Position numbers and translations under genes: made by a program. From assembly GCA_945888995.1 (NCBI GenBank), contig CAMDBA010000003.1, positions 64,279 through 128,278 on the forward strand: DNA of 64,000 bases, read 5' to 3'. The notes under the pieces were generated by a model that was given only the letters and a program-made list of their open reading frames with translations, had not been told where the DNA came from and did no database searches. The stretch comes from a bacterium UBP8_UBA817. Its GTDB lineage: Bacteria; Margulisbacteria; Marinamargulisbacteria; CAMDBA01. Shown here in pieces: positions 48,315 to 60,700 of this stretch. How positions within the stretch are numbered: position 1 is the first letter of the stretch; each line of letters begins with the position of its first letter.

Positions 48315-50837
48315 ATGGAATGGTTAAATAAAATTCTTAAATTGCTTTTCGGAGATCCAAAGAAAAAGCAAATCCGTGAATATTGGCCGATTGTCGAAAA
48401 AATCAATGCCCTGGAACCTGAAATTTCGGCACTGACAGATGACGAATTACGGGCCAAAACACTCGAATTCCGGGAACGCCTCGCCGCAGGTGAAACGCTA
48501 GAGGATCTATTGCCTGAAGCCTTTGCCGTGACCAGAGAAGCGAGTAAACGGGTGCTGAATATGCGCCACTTTGACGTACAGCTAATCGGTGGGGTGACCC
48601 TACACCAGGGGAAAATCGCCGAAATGAAAACCGGTGAAGGTAAGACCCTGGTATCCACCCTTCCCGCTTATCTCAATGCCTTAGAAGGAAAAGGCGTCTA
48701 CGTCGTGACGGTAAACGACTATCTGGCACGTAGAGACAGCCAATGGATGGGACAGATTTTTACCTTCCTGGGTCTTAAAGTCGGATTAATTCAAGCGGGC
48801 ATCGGCCCTGAAGAACGACTCGATGCCTATTCCTGTGATATCACCTATGGCACCAATAACGAGTTCGGGTTTGATTATTTAAGAGACCATCTTGTCTATG
48901 ACACCCATCAAGTCTGCCAAACCCGCCGCCACTACGCCATCATCGACGAAGTCGACAGCATCTTGATCGATGAAGCCCGTACACCCCTGGTCATTTCGGG
49001 GCCGATCCAGGACTCTACGTCCAAATACCTCACCATTGCCAATGAGATCCGGCATCTGCAAAAAGGAACCCACTTTACCCTGGATGAAAAACACAAAAAC
49101 ATCGTCCTGACGGAAGCCGGTATCGATAAACTGGAATCTGATCTAAAAATCGACAATATTTATTCGGTCCAAACAATGGATGTCGCCCATATCGCCGTTC
49201 AATGTCTAAAAGCGCTCAATCTGTACAGACGAGATGTGGATTATGTCATCAAAGACGATGAAGTCGTGATTGTCGATGAATTTACAGGACGGCTTTTGGA
49301 CGGCCGCCGGTATTCGGACGGACTCCATCAGGCCATCGAAGCCATCGAAAATGTCACGATCAAAGAAGAAAGTCAGACATTGGCCAGCGTCACGTTCCAG
49401 AATTACTTCAGACTCTTCCCGAAACTCAGCGGGATGACCGGAACCGCGTTAACCGAAGAAGCCGAGTTTATTAAAATCTACGGACTGGAAGTCTTAAGCA
49501 TCCCGACCCATCGCGATATGGTCAGAAAAGATATGCCGGACCTCGTCTACAAAACCAAAGAAGAAAAATACAAAGCCGTCATCGCCGAAATCAAAACTGC
49601 CCACCAAAAAGGACAGCCCGTCCTCGTCGGGACTATTTCAATCGAAACCTCCGAAATGCTCTCTACCTATCTGACCCGGCAAAACGTTCCGCATAGCGTT
49701 CTAAACGCCAAATATCACGAAAAAGAAGCCGAAATCATCTCCAAAGCCGGTCAAAAAGGCAATGTCATCATCGCGACAAACATGGCGGGACGTGGAACCG
49801 ATATCGTATTAGGCGAAGGCGTTTGCGAACTCGGCGGATTGTTTGTCATCGGCACCGAGCGGCATGAATCCCGGCGTATCGATAACCAGCTTCGCGGCAG
49901 GTCAGGCCGACAGGGAGATCCGGGGATGTCACGGTTCTATGTGGCCCTCAATGACGATCTGATGCGCCTGTTCGGATCCGACCGTATTTCACGGGTGATG
50001 GAAACATTGGGATTACCTGCGGACACGCCGATCGAACATCCATTGATCAGCCGGTCTATCGAGAAAGCCCAGAGCAAGGTTGAGCAATATTATTTTTCAA
50101 TCAGAAAACAAATTCTCCAATACGACGACGTCATGAACAAACAACGGGAAACCGTCTACGGCCTGAGAAACCAGCTGTTATTCAAACAAGACCTCGATAA
50201 AAAACTCTCCGAATTCTCCTACTCTCTCGTGACCTATTACTACGCCATGTTTTTCGGAGAAAAAGACGCCGTAGCGCCCACTGATGACATCGATAGTTTC
50301 GCTCAAAAAATGAACGTGATATTTCCGATCGATGATCTGGAAAACCTCGTGATTTCAGCTAAAACACGCAGCGCCATCACCACTCAGATATGCGAAAAAG
50401 CAGATGCACTATATCTGGCCAGAAAGGCCGAATATCCGGAAGGGCTTTTCGAAGAAGCCGTCACAAAACCGATATTGCTACTCTCTCTGGATCGCAAATG
50501 GATCGATCATTTAAATGATATGGAAGTCCTTCGCGAAGGGATCGGACTCCGGGCATGGGGTCAGAAAGATCCACTGGTCGAATACAAAATCGAGGCGTTT
50601 GAGCTCTTCGAAGAGCTCATCATCCATGTCACCGAAGAAGCACTGGAGGCCATACACCGGGCCACGTTGGTTGAAACCAGCGACATCCCTCCGATCGAGC
50701 CGCCGAAATCTATTACCTATAATACCCCTGAAGCGGCCCTCAATCCGCCTGCAGCCACCGCCCCTCAAAAGGCAGGCCGTAATGATGAATGCCCTTGCGG
50801 CTCAGGAAGGAAGTATAAAAAATGCTGCATGACTTAA
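48315..50837 (+). CDS. secA: preprotein translocase ATPase SecA
   Basis: Motor motifs MKTGEGKT and DEVDSILIDEARTPLVISG, and a C-terminal zinc-binding tail CPCGSGRKYKKCC. 840 aa. Confidence 0.98.
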   Translation: MEWLNKILKLLFGDPKKKQIREYWPIVEKINALEPEISALTDDELRAKTLEFRERLAAGETLEDLLPEAFAVTREASKRVLNMRHFDVQLIGGVTLHQGKIAEMKTGEGKTLVSTLPAYLNALEGKGVYVVTVNDYLARRDSQWMGQIFTFLGLKVGLIQAGIGPEERLDAYSCDITYGTNNEFGFDYLRDHLVYDTHQVCQTRRHYAIIDEVDSILIDEARTPLVISGPIQDSTSKYLTIANEIRHLQKGTHFTLDEKHKNIVLTEAGIDKLESDLKIDNIYSVQTMDVAHIAVQCLKALNLYRRDVDYVIKDDEVVIVDEFTGRLLDGRRYSDGLHQAIEAIENVTIKEESQTLASVTFQNYFRLFPKLSGMTGTALTEEAEFIKIYGLEVLSIPTHRDMVRKDMPDLVYKTKEEKYKAVIAEIKTAHQKGQPVLVGTISIETSEMLSTYLTRQNVPHSVLNAKYHEKEAEIISKAGQKGNVIIATNMAGRGTDIVLGEGVCELGGLFVIGTERHESRRIDNQLRGRSGRQGDPGMSRFYVALNDDLMRLFGSDRISRVMETLGLPADTPIEHPLISRSIEKAQSKVEQYYFSIRKQILQYDDVMNKQRETVYGLRNQLLFKQDLDKKLSEFSYSLVTYYYAMFFGEKDAVAPTDDIDSFAQKMNVIFPIDDLENLVISAKTRSAITTQICEKADALYLARKAEYPEGLFEEAVTKPILLLSLDRKWIDHLNDMEVLREGIGLRAWGQKDPLVEYKIEAFELFEELIIHVTEEALEAIHRATLVETSDIPPIEPPKSITYNTPEAALNPPAATAPQKAGRNDECPCGSGRKYKKCCMT

Positions 50838-51938
50838 TGCAAACGCTCTCCCGCTATCAGGAGAAACTCTATCTTCTGGGAGACTATCTTTGAGATCGCT
50901 CGACTCAAATTAGACATCGAACGTCTGGAAGCTGAAATTACCCTGCCGAGTTTTTGGGATAACAATACCCAGGCACAGGATATTTTCAGCTCTCTGACCA
51001 AGCTCAAAAAAACCGTCGAATCGTTTGAACAAACCCAGCGTCTGGCCGAAGATATCTTATTAGTGGCTAATATGGTGGCCGAAAGTGGAGATGATCCGGA
51101 CGCCATGGCCGAGCTGGAATCTGACCTCGAACAGCTCGTCAGCACTGTCGACGAACTCGAAATTCAATCCCTCTTATCCGATAAATACGATCGGTTGAAC
51201 TGCATTTTCAGCTTGAATGCTGGTGCCGGTGGAACCGATGCCCAAGACTGGGTCCAGATTATGCTCAGAATGTATGTACGGTGGTTCGAAAAACGCGGAT
51301 ATGAGTACGAAATCGTGGATCAAAGCCCCGGTGAAGAAGCCGGCATCAAATCCGTCACGATCATCGTGAAAGGGGAATTTGCCTACGGATATCTCAAAAA
51401 CGAAATCGGCATTCATCGCCTGGTCCGACTCTCTCCGTTCAATGCAAATAACAAACGTCAGACGTCTTTTGCCGCTGTGGACGTCATCCCGGAAATCGAA
51501 CAAAGCATCGATCTCGAAATCGACCCCAAAGACCTGCGGGTCGACACCTTCAGAGCCACCGGTGCAGGCGGACAGCATGTCAATAAAACCGATTCGGCGG
51601 TCCGAATTACCCATCTGCCAACCGGGATTACCGCCCAATCCCAAAGCAGCCGCTCCCAGATATCTAACCGGGAAACCGCACTCAAAATGCTGACTTCCCG
51701 CCTAGTGAAACGGATGGAAGAAGCCCAAAAAGAAAAGCTGAACGAATTACGCGGGACCCCGAAAGATATCGCGTGGGGACATCAGGTCCGCTCATACGTC
51801 TTTCACCCGTATACACTGATCAAAGACCACCGAACCGACTATCAGGAAACAGACCTGAATAAAGTCCTGGACGGTGGACTGGATCCGTTTATTCAATCCG
51901 TTCTCAAAATTAAATTAAAATCGGAGGCCCCGTCATGA
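50837..51938 (+). CDS. prfB: peptide chain release factor 2 (programmed +1 frameshift at 50888-50894)
   Basis: Frame-0 ORF ATG 50837..CTT 50890 (MQTLSRYQEKLYLLGDYL) hits TGA at 50891. The +1 frame from 50892 is continuous with the 291-aa ORF that carries SPF (RLSPFNANN) and GGQ (GAGGQHVNKT). Confidence 0.95.
50878..50894 (+). promoter_or_regulatory. prfB autoregulatory +1 frameshift site
   Basis: Internal SD-like GGGAG (50878-50882), then TAT CTT TGA G (slippery CTT plus in-frame UGA). Nearly identical to the E. coli AGGGGGTATCTTTGAC site. Confidence 0.9.
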
Positions 51939-53890
51939 AGTCGTTTACGACGTTATACCCCAAAATCCTCGCCGCATGTCTTTTTCTCGCGATGATCATC
52001 AGTCTGGGTATTACCGGCCATCGGATTCTGTCCGAAGACCGCCAAAGCACGGTCGATGTCGTGGCATCTGCTCATGAAATGGAGACATTGGCCCTCGAAA
52101 GCGGCCTATCAACGCCTCAATTATGGCAAAAACTCAAAAAAGAAGTCGGGATTTCATCGGTGGCGCTTGAAGAAGACGCCATAGATACCCTCGTCCAATC
52201 CGGGGACATTACCCTGCTATCCGGGTATGAAATCCTATCCGCCAGGCGACTCGGCCTCCCGCTACAAGACCTGGACTTACGACAAGCTTCGATTAATGCC
52301 GACTATCAATACCTGATGCTACGCCCCTCTTCAGCCGACCGGGTCATCCGTCATTTGACGGCCACACTGGGCCAGACATGTGTTCATAGACTCTCCCCCA
52401 CCCTAATTAGCGTCGCCCATCGCCGGGACGATCTGCTCAAAGTCGGCGTCGGAATATCGGAAACCAAAGCCAAAGCCTTGATTGCACACGGATTTGCTGT
52501 GATTCCACGATTCAAATCCTCTGCCGCGATCACACCCGATATTTTTAGAATAAAACTAGCGGACCTGACCGCACTGACCCAAATCCATACCTTAATTTTT
52601 GAAGGCGACCGAGTGATCGGATATCCGGTCAGCCTCGGGCCGATCGCCAAGCAAATCCGGGAAAAAGGCTATTTATTCGGCCATATCGAATTTGCCGAAC
52701 AACTCGGCGCAGACCCACTCGCCGCATTCATGATCCCATCCGTGATCCGAGTCCACAGCATGACCGAATCCGAAATGCTCGTCGTTCCCCAAAAAGACGC
52801 CTTTTCCCGCTACCTGCGCGCCACGAAAGAACGAAAAATCAGGCTCTTATTCCTCCATCCCTATCCCTCATCCGATCAGCCAAAAGACTCGTTGCTGACT
52901 TATAACCTCCACTATTTCGGATCCATTGTCACCGCACTCAAAGACGCTAATTTCAAGGTCGAGGCACTAACCGAATCCGGCCTGGAAACGTATCCATCGC
53001 CAAGTCCGTTTAATGTCTTGATCCTGAGCTGGGGAATCGCAGCCGCCGGACTTATATTATTGGGATATTTTGTCACCTTGAAGGGCAGTGTCAAAAACCT
53101 GATCTTTTTATTGACCGGTATCGCGATTTTGTTTTGCGCAGCATGGGTCATGCATCAGTTCCTGCTCTGGACACGCCTCGCCGCTCTTGGCGCAGCTATT
53201 ATATTCCCGACATTAGGCGTCATCTATGCCTGGCACCAGGCGCGGCATAAACCGGCCTGGCAACTGGTACTCTCTGCCGCCGGCATTACCGGTGCAGGGG
53301 TGCTATTAGGAACCGCGTTGTTGGATCAACCCGCGTTCTTGCTAGGTGTCCGCCACTTTATGGGGATCAAACTTGCATTTTTATTTCCGTTAGCCGCTGT
53401 GTGGATCTACACCTTTATCCGCCCGGAACGATTAACCGGCTGGCGCGCCATTGTCCAGCGAATCGCCGCAGCACCCCTGAGTCTCGGCCTCTTTTTGGCC
53501 ATCCTGGTCGCCACGGCCTTAGGCGGACTCTATCTGATCCGCAGCGGCAACGCCTCCCCGGCGACTGTTTCCGGCATCGAAACCCATCTCCGCCAATTAT
53601 TAGAAACCTGGCTCACCGTCCGCCCCCGTACCAAAGAATTCTTGATCGGTTATCCCGCCCTATATGTCAGTCTGGTCTACGCCAAATCACTCAGCACCCA
53701 TCGATGGGGATGGATTCTCCCCGTGATCGGCACGATCAGTATGATTTCGTTATTTAATTCGTTCTGCCATCTCCACACGCCCTTCTGGATCTCCGCTGTT
53801 AGAAGTCTCTTAGGGATGGGCATCGGGCTGGTCATCGGAATGGCGCTCACCCGGCTGATCCGAACCTCTATACGCTATGTCAACCGATAA
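51935..53890 (+). CDS. large polytopic membrane protein of unknown function
   Basis: 651 aa: an N-terminal TM anchor, a soluble domain of about 330 aa, then about 8-9 TM helices. Overlaps the prfB stop and the rnc start. Confidence 0.8.
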   Translation: MKSFTTLYPKILAACLFLAMIISLGITGHRILSEDRQSTVDVVASAHEMETLALESGLSTPQLWQKLKKEVGISSVALEEDAIDTLVQSGDITLLSGYEILSARRLGLPLQDLDLRQASINADYQYLMLRPSSADRVIRHLTATLGQTCVHRLSPTLISVAHRRDDLLKVGVGISETKAKALIAHGFAVIPRFKSSAAITPDIFRIKLADLTALTQIHTLIFEGDRVIGYPVSLGPIAKQIREKGYLFGHIEFAEQLGADPLAAFMIPSVIRVHSMTESEMLVVPQKDAFSRYLRATKERKIRLLFLHPYPSSDQPKDSLLTYNLHYFGSIVTALKDANFKVEALTESGLETYPSPSPFNVLILSWGIAAAGLILLGYFVTLKGSVKNLIFLLTGIAILFCAAWVMHQFLLWTRLAALGAAIIFPTLGVIYAWHQARHKPAWQLVLSAAGITGAGVLLGTALLDQPAFLLGVRHFMGIKLAFLFPLAAVWIYTFIRPERLTGWRAIVQRIAAAPLSLGLFLAILVATALGGLYLIRSGNASPATVSGIETHLRQLLETWLTVRPRTKEFLIGYPALYVSLVYAKSLSTHRWGWILPVIGTISMISLFNSFCHLHTPFWISAVRSLLGMGIGLVIGMALTRLIRTSIRYVNR

Positions 53891-54599
53891 TTCACGACAG
53901 ATCCCACAACTAGAAAAGATCCTAAACATCCGATTTTCGGACCAGGAGCTGCTTTCGACCGCTATCACCCATAGTTCATATGCCAATCGCCACAAAAGCC
54001 TCCAGATACCGGACAACGAGCGTCTGGAGTTTTTTGGAGATGCGGTACTCAAGCTGATCGTCTCCGAATATCTCTATATCCGCTTCCCCGATCATCGAGA
54101 AGGAGATTTAACCAAAATGCGGGCCCAGATCGTCTCAGATAAAACCCTCGCCCAGCTCTCCGCCAACCTCGGTCTCGGCACGTTTCTCCGACTGTCCCTA
54201 AGCGAGCAACGAACAGGAGGCTATACCCGAGTCTCCAACCTGGCTAACGTCTTCGAGGCCGTCCTCGGCGCCATCTATCTCGATGCCGGCCTGGAGACCG
54301 CCCGCGAATTCGTCCTACGGCAGCTCCATACCCTCCCACATCTGATTACCGCCGAACCCGAGATCTCAGATTACAAATCCTATCTCCAAGAGTTCCTGCA
54401 ACAAAAAAGAAGCGACCTCCCCGATTACCGGGTCTGCAAGGAAGACGGCCCCGCCCATCAAAAAACCTTCCACGTCGAAGCCACGATCCAGGTCAACACC
54501 CGCACCTACACCGCCACCGGCATCGGCGCATCCAAAAAAGAAGCCGAACAAGCCGCCGCTGCAGCGATCATCGGTCAGTTAGATCGGGATCCGGTATAA
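53877..54599 (+). CDS. rnc: ribonuclease III
   Basis: RNase III signature NERLEFFGDAVL and a C-terminal dsRBD (KSYLQEFLQQ...GIGASKKEAEQAAA). Confidence 0.95.
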   Translation: MSTDNSRQIPQLEKILNIRFSDQELLSTAITHSSYANRHKSLQIPDNERLEFFGDAVLKLIVSEYLYIRFPDHREGDLTKMRAQIVSDKTLAQLSANLGLGTFLRLSLSEQRTGGYTRVSNLANVFEAVLGAIYLDAGLETAREFVLRQLHTLPHLITAEPEISDYKSYLQEFLQQKRSDLPDYRVCKEDGPAHQKTFHVEATIQVNTRTYTATGIGASKKEAEQAAAAAIIGQLDRDPV

Positions 54600-54613
54600 C
54601 ACCCTACTACTCT

Positions 54614-54649
54614 AACCGGTCATCATAGTGGTGAGTCTGATGACCGGTT
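54614..54649. terminator. terminator hairpin 1 between convergent rnc and the giant gene
   Basis: Perfect 12-bp stem AACCGGTCATCA (54614-54625) / TGATGACCGGTT (54638-54649), followed by CTTT. Confidence 0.6.
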
Positions 54650-54651
54650 CT

Positions 54652-54689
54652 TTCCCTCGTCTCGATCAGAAATGATAAAGACGAGGGAA
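54652..54689. terminator. terminator hairpin 2 between convergent rnc and the giant gene
   Basis: Perfect 11-bp stem TTCCCTCGTCT (54652-54662) / AGACGAGGGAA (54679-54689). Confidence 0.55.
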
Positions 54690-54711
54690 ATTCAAACCTG
54701 TATCGGAATTA

Positions 54712-57700
54712 TTAGTCTGATTCTGAGCCGTTACCATCGCCGGCTGGTGATTCTGAGTCTGAGGCTGAGGCTCCATCATTACTCAATGAGAGTGGGGGTG
54801 AGCCTGGGGAAACAACTTGAGAGAGCTTACCCGATTTAGCTCCTCTACCTAAAACAGGGACACGAGACCCCCCCCTCGAGCTTCTACCTAATGGCGTTTC
54901 ATCTGCACCAGGACTAGCCGTCATGGCGAGTAGTTTACTCCAGCGAGATTCAGAAATACTAGCACCAACAGCCGCGCGGCTACTCATTGAAATGGCTGAG
55001 CCTCCTCGTTGCCCGCCCGATACGAAGACTGCTTTAGCAGGTGGTGCAGGAATTTGAAACTTTAGATCTTTGAACAACGCCTTAAAAAGGGGGACATCCT
55101 TATATGGAGATAAGATTTCCATAATAGCGGCCTTCGGAGAACTCTCTGCAGCAGGTGCAGCTTCTGTGGCCTTCCCAGCACCCCCAGAGGCACCAGAGAC
55201 CGCGGCACTATCGGCAGGAATCAAGTGGCGCGCCGCCGCAAGACGAACTGTATCCGAATAGCCTACCTGAAGGTACTGCGCAGCCAGATCGACGCTACCC
55301 TTACTAATCGCATCCTGAATATGTGCTTCAAGCGCTGCAAGCGCTACCTGAAAAGGGTCTGTTTTCTTAGAAAGGCTTCCGAAAACCCCAGCCGAAGATG
55401 AAGATGAAACCCGTTGCTGAACAGCATTAAAGATCTCCAGAGACTCTTTAGACGGAACCCCCTCCTTAAACCTGACTACCAACGCCGCTAATGCCGCGTT
55501 TCTAGCATCAGAATTATGATCTGGGCCTAAAAATAAAATCAACTTATTCGTATTGGGAGAGGCACTGCGCGAAGAAGAGGCTGCATCCACTTGGCGCGCC
55601 TCCTCAGCTATGAACCGGACACGATCCGCTCCCTTAGAACGAATAAATGCCTTCACTTCCGAATTCGTACCCATACTCGTTGCTAAGGAAACATACACCA
55701 CGCTTTTCTGATCATCGGTTAAAAAGGGATAGAGATTCATCAATGCCCGCGCCGCCGGCAACGATGCCCCATCCTCTGATGATCCATTAGATAGAAAGTC
55801 ACCTAGAGCCGTCACAACAGCCACTGCTGAAGAGTGATTCTTATGATAAGAGAGCACCACTTCATCGATTGCCACTAGCTTCTGCGTAAGCGTCATACCC
55901 TGAAGAGTGGAAGTGACATCTGTACGGAACGCGTGAACCACAGCCCTGATGCCAGCAAGGGTCTCCTCATTACGCGCATCCTTATCACCAAACTGTTTTT
56001 TCAGAACACTGCGCATCGCATCATTCGCCTCGGCTGGACCGGCTAAGAGTTTCAAGCACGTCGCTGTCGCCGCATCCTTAACCGACTGGTCCAACCCAGT
56101 AGTCGCCAAGACCTGAAGACGTTTCACAACAACGTTGCCGCTATCCGTGCATAGCGCAGCAAATTGGCCCAGAAGCGGTACGACTTTGAATTGAACCAAA
56201 GCAAGTCCGCTGGTAGATACTCTCAGAAGGAAGTCACGCACGTCATTTGAGGTCGCCAGCTCAGGATAACTAGACATCCAGAATGCCAATAGGTCTAAAT
56301 GCTGGCTAATTGAAACAAAGTCAGGCGCGCCTTTGCTACGCAGTTTAGCGTTAACAGCCGTTGTAATATCACTTAAAATCGGGCCACCCTCGTTACCAGC
56401 GGCAATACCTTCATGAAGAGTATGAAGTGTAGATTCAGCTTTTTCAGTGGAAGGCGATTCGCGAAGGGTAGATGATGTAGATGAAGTGCTCACTACCGGA
56501 CCAGAATCCAGCGACGATAAAAAGGGAGTGCTCGATCCACCAGCAACCCCTCCACTTGAATACAATTCAGACACTTCGCCTCTCGATTTTACAGCCTCCC
56601 CTGCAGGAACGCCCATCCAGGCTAACGCCTCTGCCGCCTGAGAACGAAGCTGAGCGAACTCGGCAGCACCAGTAGCAGGGACTTTATCCTGCATAATCTC
56701 CTTAAATATAGTCTTAATACCTATTTGCACGCCCGTATCCATCAACGGATATAAAACCCGCAGAGTCTGCAAGGCCATCAACCGTTCCCGAGACGCATAG
56801 GTGACGCCCTGAGCAGGCGATGATGCAATACCCCCCACAAACCCTAACAAGGCAACCACAGCCTTACCCTCGCGCTTGTCATCGGTCATCACCCTCTTCG
56901 TAACCGCATCTAACATCATGGCCACTGCGCGTGGACGAAGCTCAAGTGAATCGCGCAGAGTCCCTAATGTATCGCCAAAGCGGTCTACAAGGTCGGAATC
57001 CGATTTTTGCGCCATTAAATCTCGAACGCCTGCAAGGACACTTTGTTTAGCCTTGTTCTCATCAGTACCCACTCGGATAGCGCCGTTCGGCATGAAGCTA
57101 GAGGGCGAGGATCCTAAACCGGCATCTTTCATCCCGATTTTCACCATATGGCGCATGTTGTTACCATCAGCATCTCCTAAACCCATCATAGCAGGATCAG
57201 AGCTATACAACTGGAAAAGTCCGTCTTTTGCCGCTTTTTCCACCACCGAAGATTTATCTTTGGCCAATTTCGCTAATAACATCACGCTTAGCTCACCACA
57301 GGTCGTACCCGCAGACGAGCCCCTTAACTTGAGCGGATGAGCGAGCCCAAGGGTGAGGACACGCCGCGCCCGTTCCCAGGACTTAGATGGATAGTCCTTT
57401 GTCAGTAAGGCCAAGTCAGTCGCCGCTTTCACCACTTCCGCCTTCAAGGCCGCATTCGGCTGCGACGCACATGAGCCAAGCAATGTGGCAATTCGAGTCC
57501 CATATACGGCTGCAATAGAGACCTCGCTATCGTTATGCGTAACCTTTAAATCCATTAAGGGTCTTAAAAAGGGGACTAGCTGTAAGGCCGTATCAACATC
57601 ATTATCCTTAAATGCCGCGTCTATCATCGGGATAAGTAGCTCTATCACTTCCTTATGCTGAGCATTGTCTTTAGAATTCACAGCAGCTTTGAGCCTATCG

Positions 57701-60700
57701 GCCAATGCAACAATCGGGCGGAACTTCTCACTAGCAGTAACTGCGCCGGAGAGCTGACCACGATAAATAGAGACCAACCGGGCAGTGTCTGCCGGCGAAA
57801 TGCTTGAAAGCGGCAGAATTCCTTTAGGCTTCGGAGAGCGAGAAGAGTCAGGCACAGAGTCGCTATCTTCACTCGTAGCTTCCACAGTCGCCTCTCCAGA
57901 CCCACCCTGCGCCAACGCCATCATAATCTCACTATGGCGACGGCGCAGTTCTGGACGATCTTTCTTAGGGGCCTCGTTCAGTGTCTTTTCGGATCCCAGT
58001 AAGCGCATGGTTTCCAGAAAGTCTCCTCGAATAGTGGCAGCGGCAGCGGCAGCGGCAGCGTCAGCGGGCTTGAGAGCGGCAGCGTCAGCGGGCTTGAGAG
58101 CGGCAGCGTCAGCGGCAGCGGCAGCGGGAATCGCATGAGCGCTAGTGTCCATAATGCTCATCAGCGTCTTCAGCTGGGCGCCAGTAAATGCCCGGCCGGA
58201 TTTGCCTTGGGTCATTTTTGTCACGAGATGCTTTAACTCTGCGAGCAAGCCAATCTGTACTTCAGTATCCTCAATATGCGCTAAGCCCTGCGCCATTTCA
58301 AGGAATGTAGTAACAGCCTGGGCATCATAATTATGAACACCCTCAACAAACACTTCCGGAACCGAATCTCCAACTGAAGCCGCTTGGAAATCCAAAACTG
58401 TATGACCACTATGGCGAACGATGCCGGGTTTGGATAATGCCAGACTGACTCGTCTGAATACGCTGATTAACTCGAGTCTAAACGCTTGCAACGAGTCTGC
58501 AGCACCTGGATATTTCATAGTCGCAAGAGTATCTAAGACGCGGACATGTACGGCAGAGTCGATCGCAGGCGAGCATTTAATCTCTGCGACTTTATCGCCT
58601 AGTAACTTACCCATACGAGGTAATAAAGTAAGAAGATTCTCATCCTTTAGATTATCGGGATTAGAAAGGAAAGAATTGGCGGTGGTAAGAAAAGCAGCTT
58701 GCAGCGCAGGCGTACTAACTAAACCAGAGGCCTTCAAACACTCAGTAAAAGGTAGATTATTGATAATAATGACCTTCGCATCAGCTTCAGGATGTCCTAG
58801 AGCCCGTAAAGTTGCGAGACTCGCATCAACATCGGCGCGACCTCTGCCTAAATACAATTCGATAGCTTTAATCAGATGAGGGTAGACACCAGGCGTGCCT
58901 TGATTTACACCAAGTGGGGCAAGAGCCGCTATAATGCCATCTACATTAGCAGGAGTCATCGCTACAGTTTCAGGCGGGAGTTTGCTCGCAACATTAATAC
59001 CGGCACATGCTGCAGGAATAGCTTGAACTTGAACCTCTAATACGCCTAGATCAGCTACAAGCTGATTAACACAGTCTATAAATGACTGTGCAGTCTGAGC
59101 CTCAGGAAGCGCGTTATACAGTGCCACAGATTGAGTAACTAGGGCACCCCGAACGGCGTCCTTATCAGCAGCTGCATCAAGTCCTCTATAAATCGCTTTA
59201 ATATCTTCAGGAGTTAAATGGGCGGGGAGAAGAGTGGCAATATTTTTGGCCTGCATCGCTCGAGCTAGATCATCCCCACCATAGTTCAAAGCAGTTAACT
59301 GTTCCCGTAATCTATTCACAGAACCAGCAAAGTCCGCTGCAGTCCCGTTATCAATTACTTGCTCCCAAACACGCTGCGCTAAAGGCTCCCGAAGTGCATT
59401 AGGAATATCATCACCCATTCCACCATCCGCTCTCACAAGATAAGTATATAAAGCAACACACGCCTCAGGCGTCAAATTCCCAGCAATGGTGGTCATAAGG
59501 GCCGTCAAAACCAGATCATGATACCGATCCAACTCATCCCCAGAGATTGTGGGAATAGCATCTAGAAAACTTACAATATGCGCTTGCAGATAGGCATTAT
59601 CCATCCTCGCAGGAAGAACTTGGGCTTGCTGCATTAAAGTCGCTAAGAAAAGGACTCTAAGCGCCGCTTGACCCTCCCCTAACTGGCCAAATTGCGCAGC
59701 CAGGCCTGCTGGATTATCAGATAATCTTGAGTGAAGAATACCAGTAAGCTGGGTAAGAGCCTCACCGCGAGGTAACCTCAGTCCCTCTACTAATACCGGC
59801 ACATAGGTCTGAACAATATGAAGAAGAGCGCCCCTATCATCGGTAGCTAGAGCTAGGACTCGGTCTAGTAAAATTGGCCGCACTACTGCCTTAGGCGCAT
59901 CACCGTTAATACCCGCATACACATCCTGAATCTGAGCAGCTGTAAGCCCATCAGGCAATTTGGCACGACATAGGTCTGCAAACTCATCCGGAGCAATTGC
60001 AGTATAAGCGGCATGAAAGTCATTCACAAACGCAATATAAGCAGCAGCCTCATTAACCTCAACTGCCTGCGCAAGCGCCGACAACCGGCTAGTCAACACA
60101 GCTTTAACCGCAGGGTCATCACCTAAATCGCCCAAATCCCCATGCGCTTCCAGTAGAGCACCAGTAGTATCCATATCCGCTACGAGAGGCCTCAGTTTAG
60201 CCCCTATAGGCAATGAATCAGCAGCAACACCCAGAGTTCTAAGAGTCTCTCGACACTCTACTACAAGACCCGTAAAGGCGCCTATCTGAACCACAGTCCT
60301 TACAAAATGAGCCGAAACAGCCGCGCCCAAGGGCGCAGATAGTAGTACCTTATCAGCAGCATTAGTTATCTCATCATGGATTCCGGCTATATCCGCTAAA
60401 GTCATATCGGCTGGCAAAAAGGGAGTAATCTGACCCGATAAGGCGTTCATTTTGACCGTAGCTGCCGCATCATCACCTGACGACAAAGCCACATGAAAAT
60501 CACGAAGATGGTTCACGAGCTGCACAAAGCCAGCTACCGCTAACCGGTCAGGAGCAGCACCAGCTAGAGTGCCAAGTTTAGCCTCAATAAGCACAAGAGC
60601 CTCATGATGCAATGGACCTAAAAGTCCAGGCGTCTCATCAGCATAGTAAGTCATTATGCTAGCCATAGTCAGATCAAGCGCAGCTAACCTAGTATTCACC

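Noticed and set aside
48227-48658. 143-aa minus-strand ORF overlapping the secA start
   Set aside because: It is antisense to the secA N-terminal motor domain and has a Ser/Arg-rich composition.
50834-51145. 103-aa minus-strand ORF, and a 105-aa plus-strand alternative-frame ORF (50515..50832) near the secA/prfB junction
   Set aside because: The region is explained by the secA 3' end and the frameshifted prfB 5' part, and both ORFs are Ser/Arg-rich artefacts.
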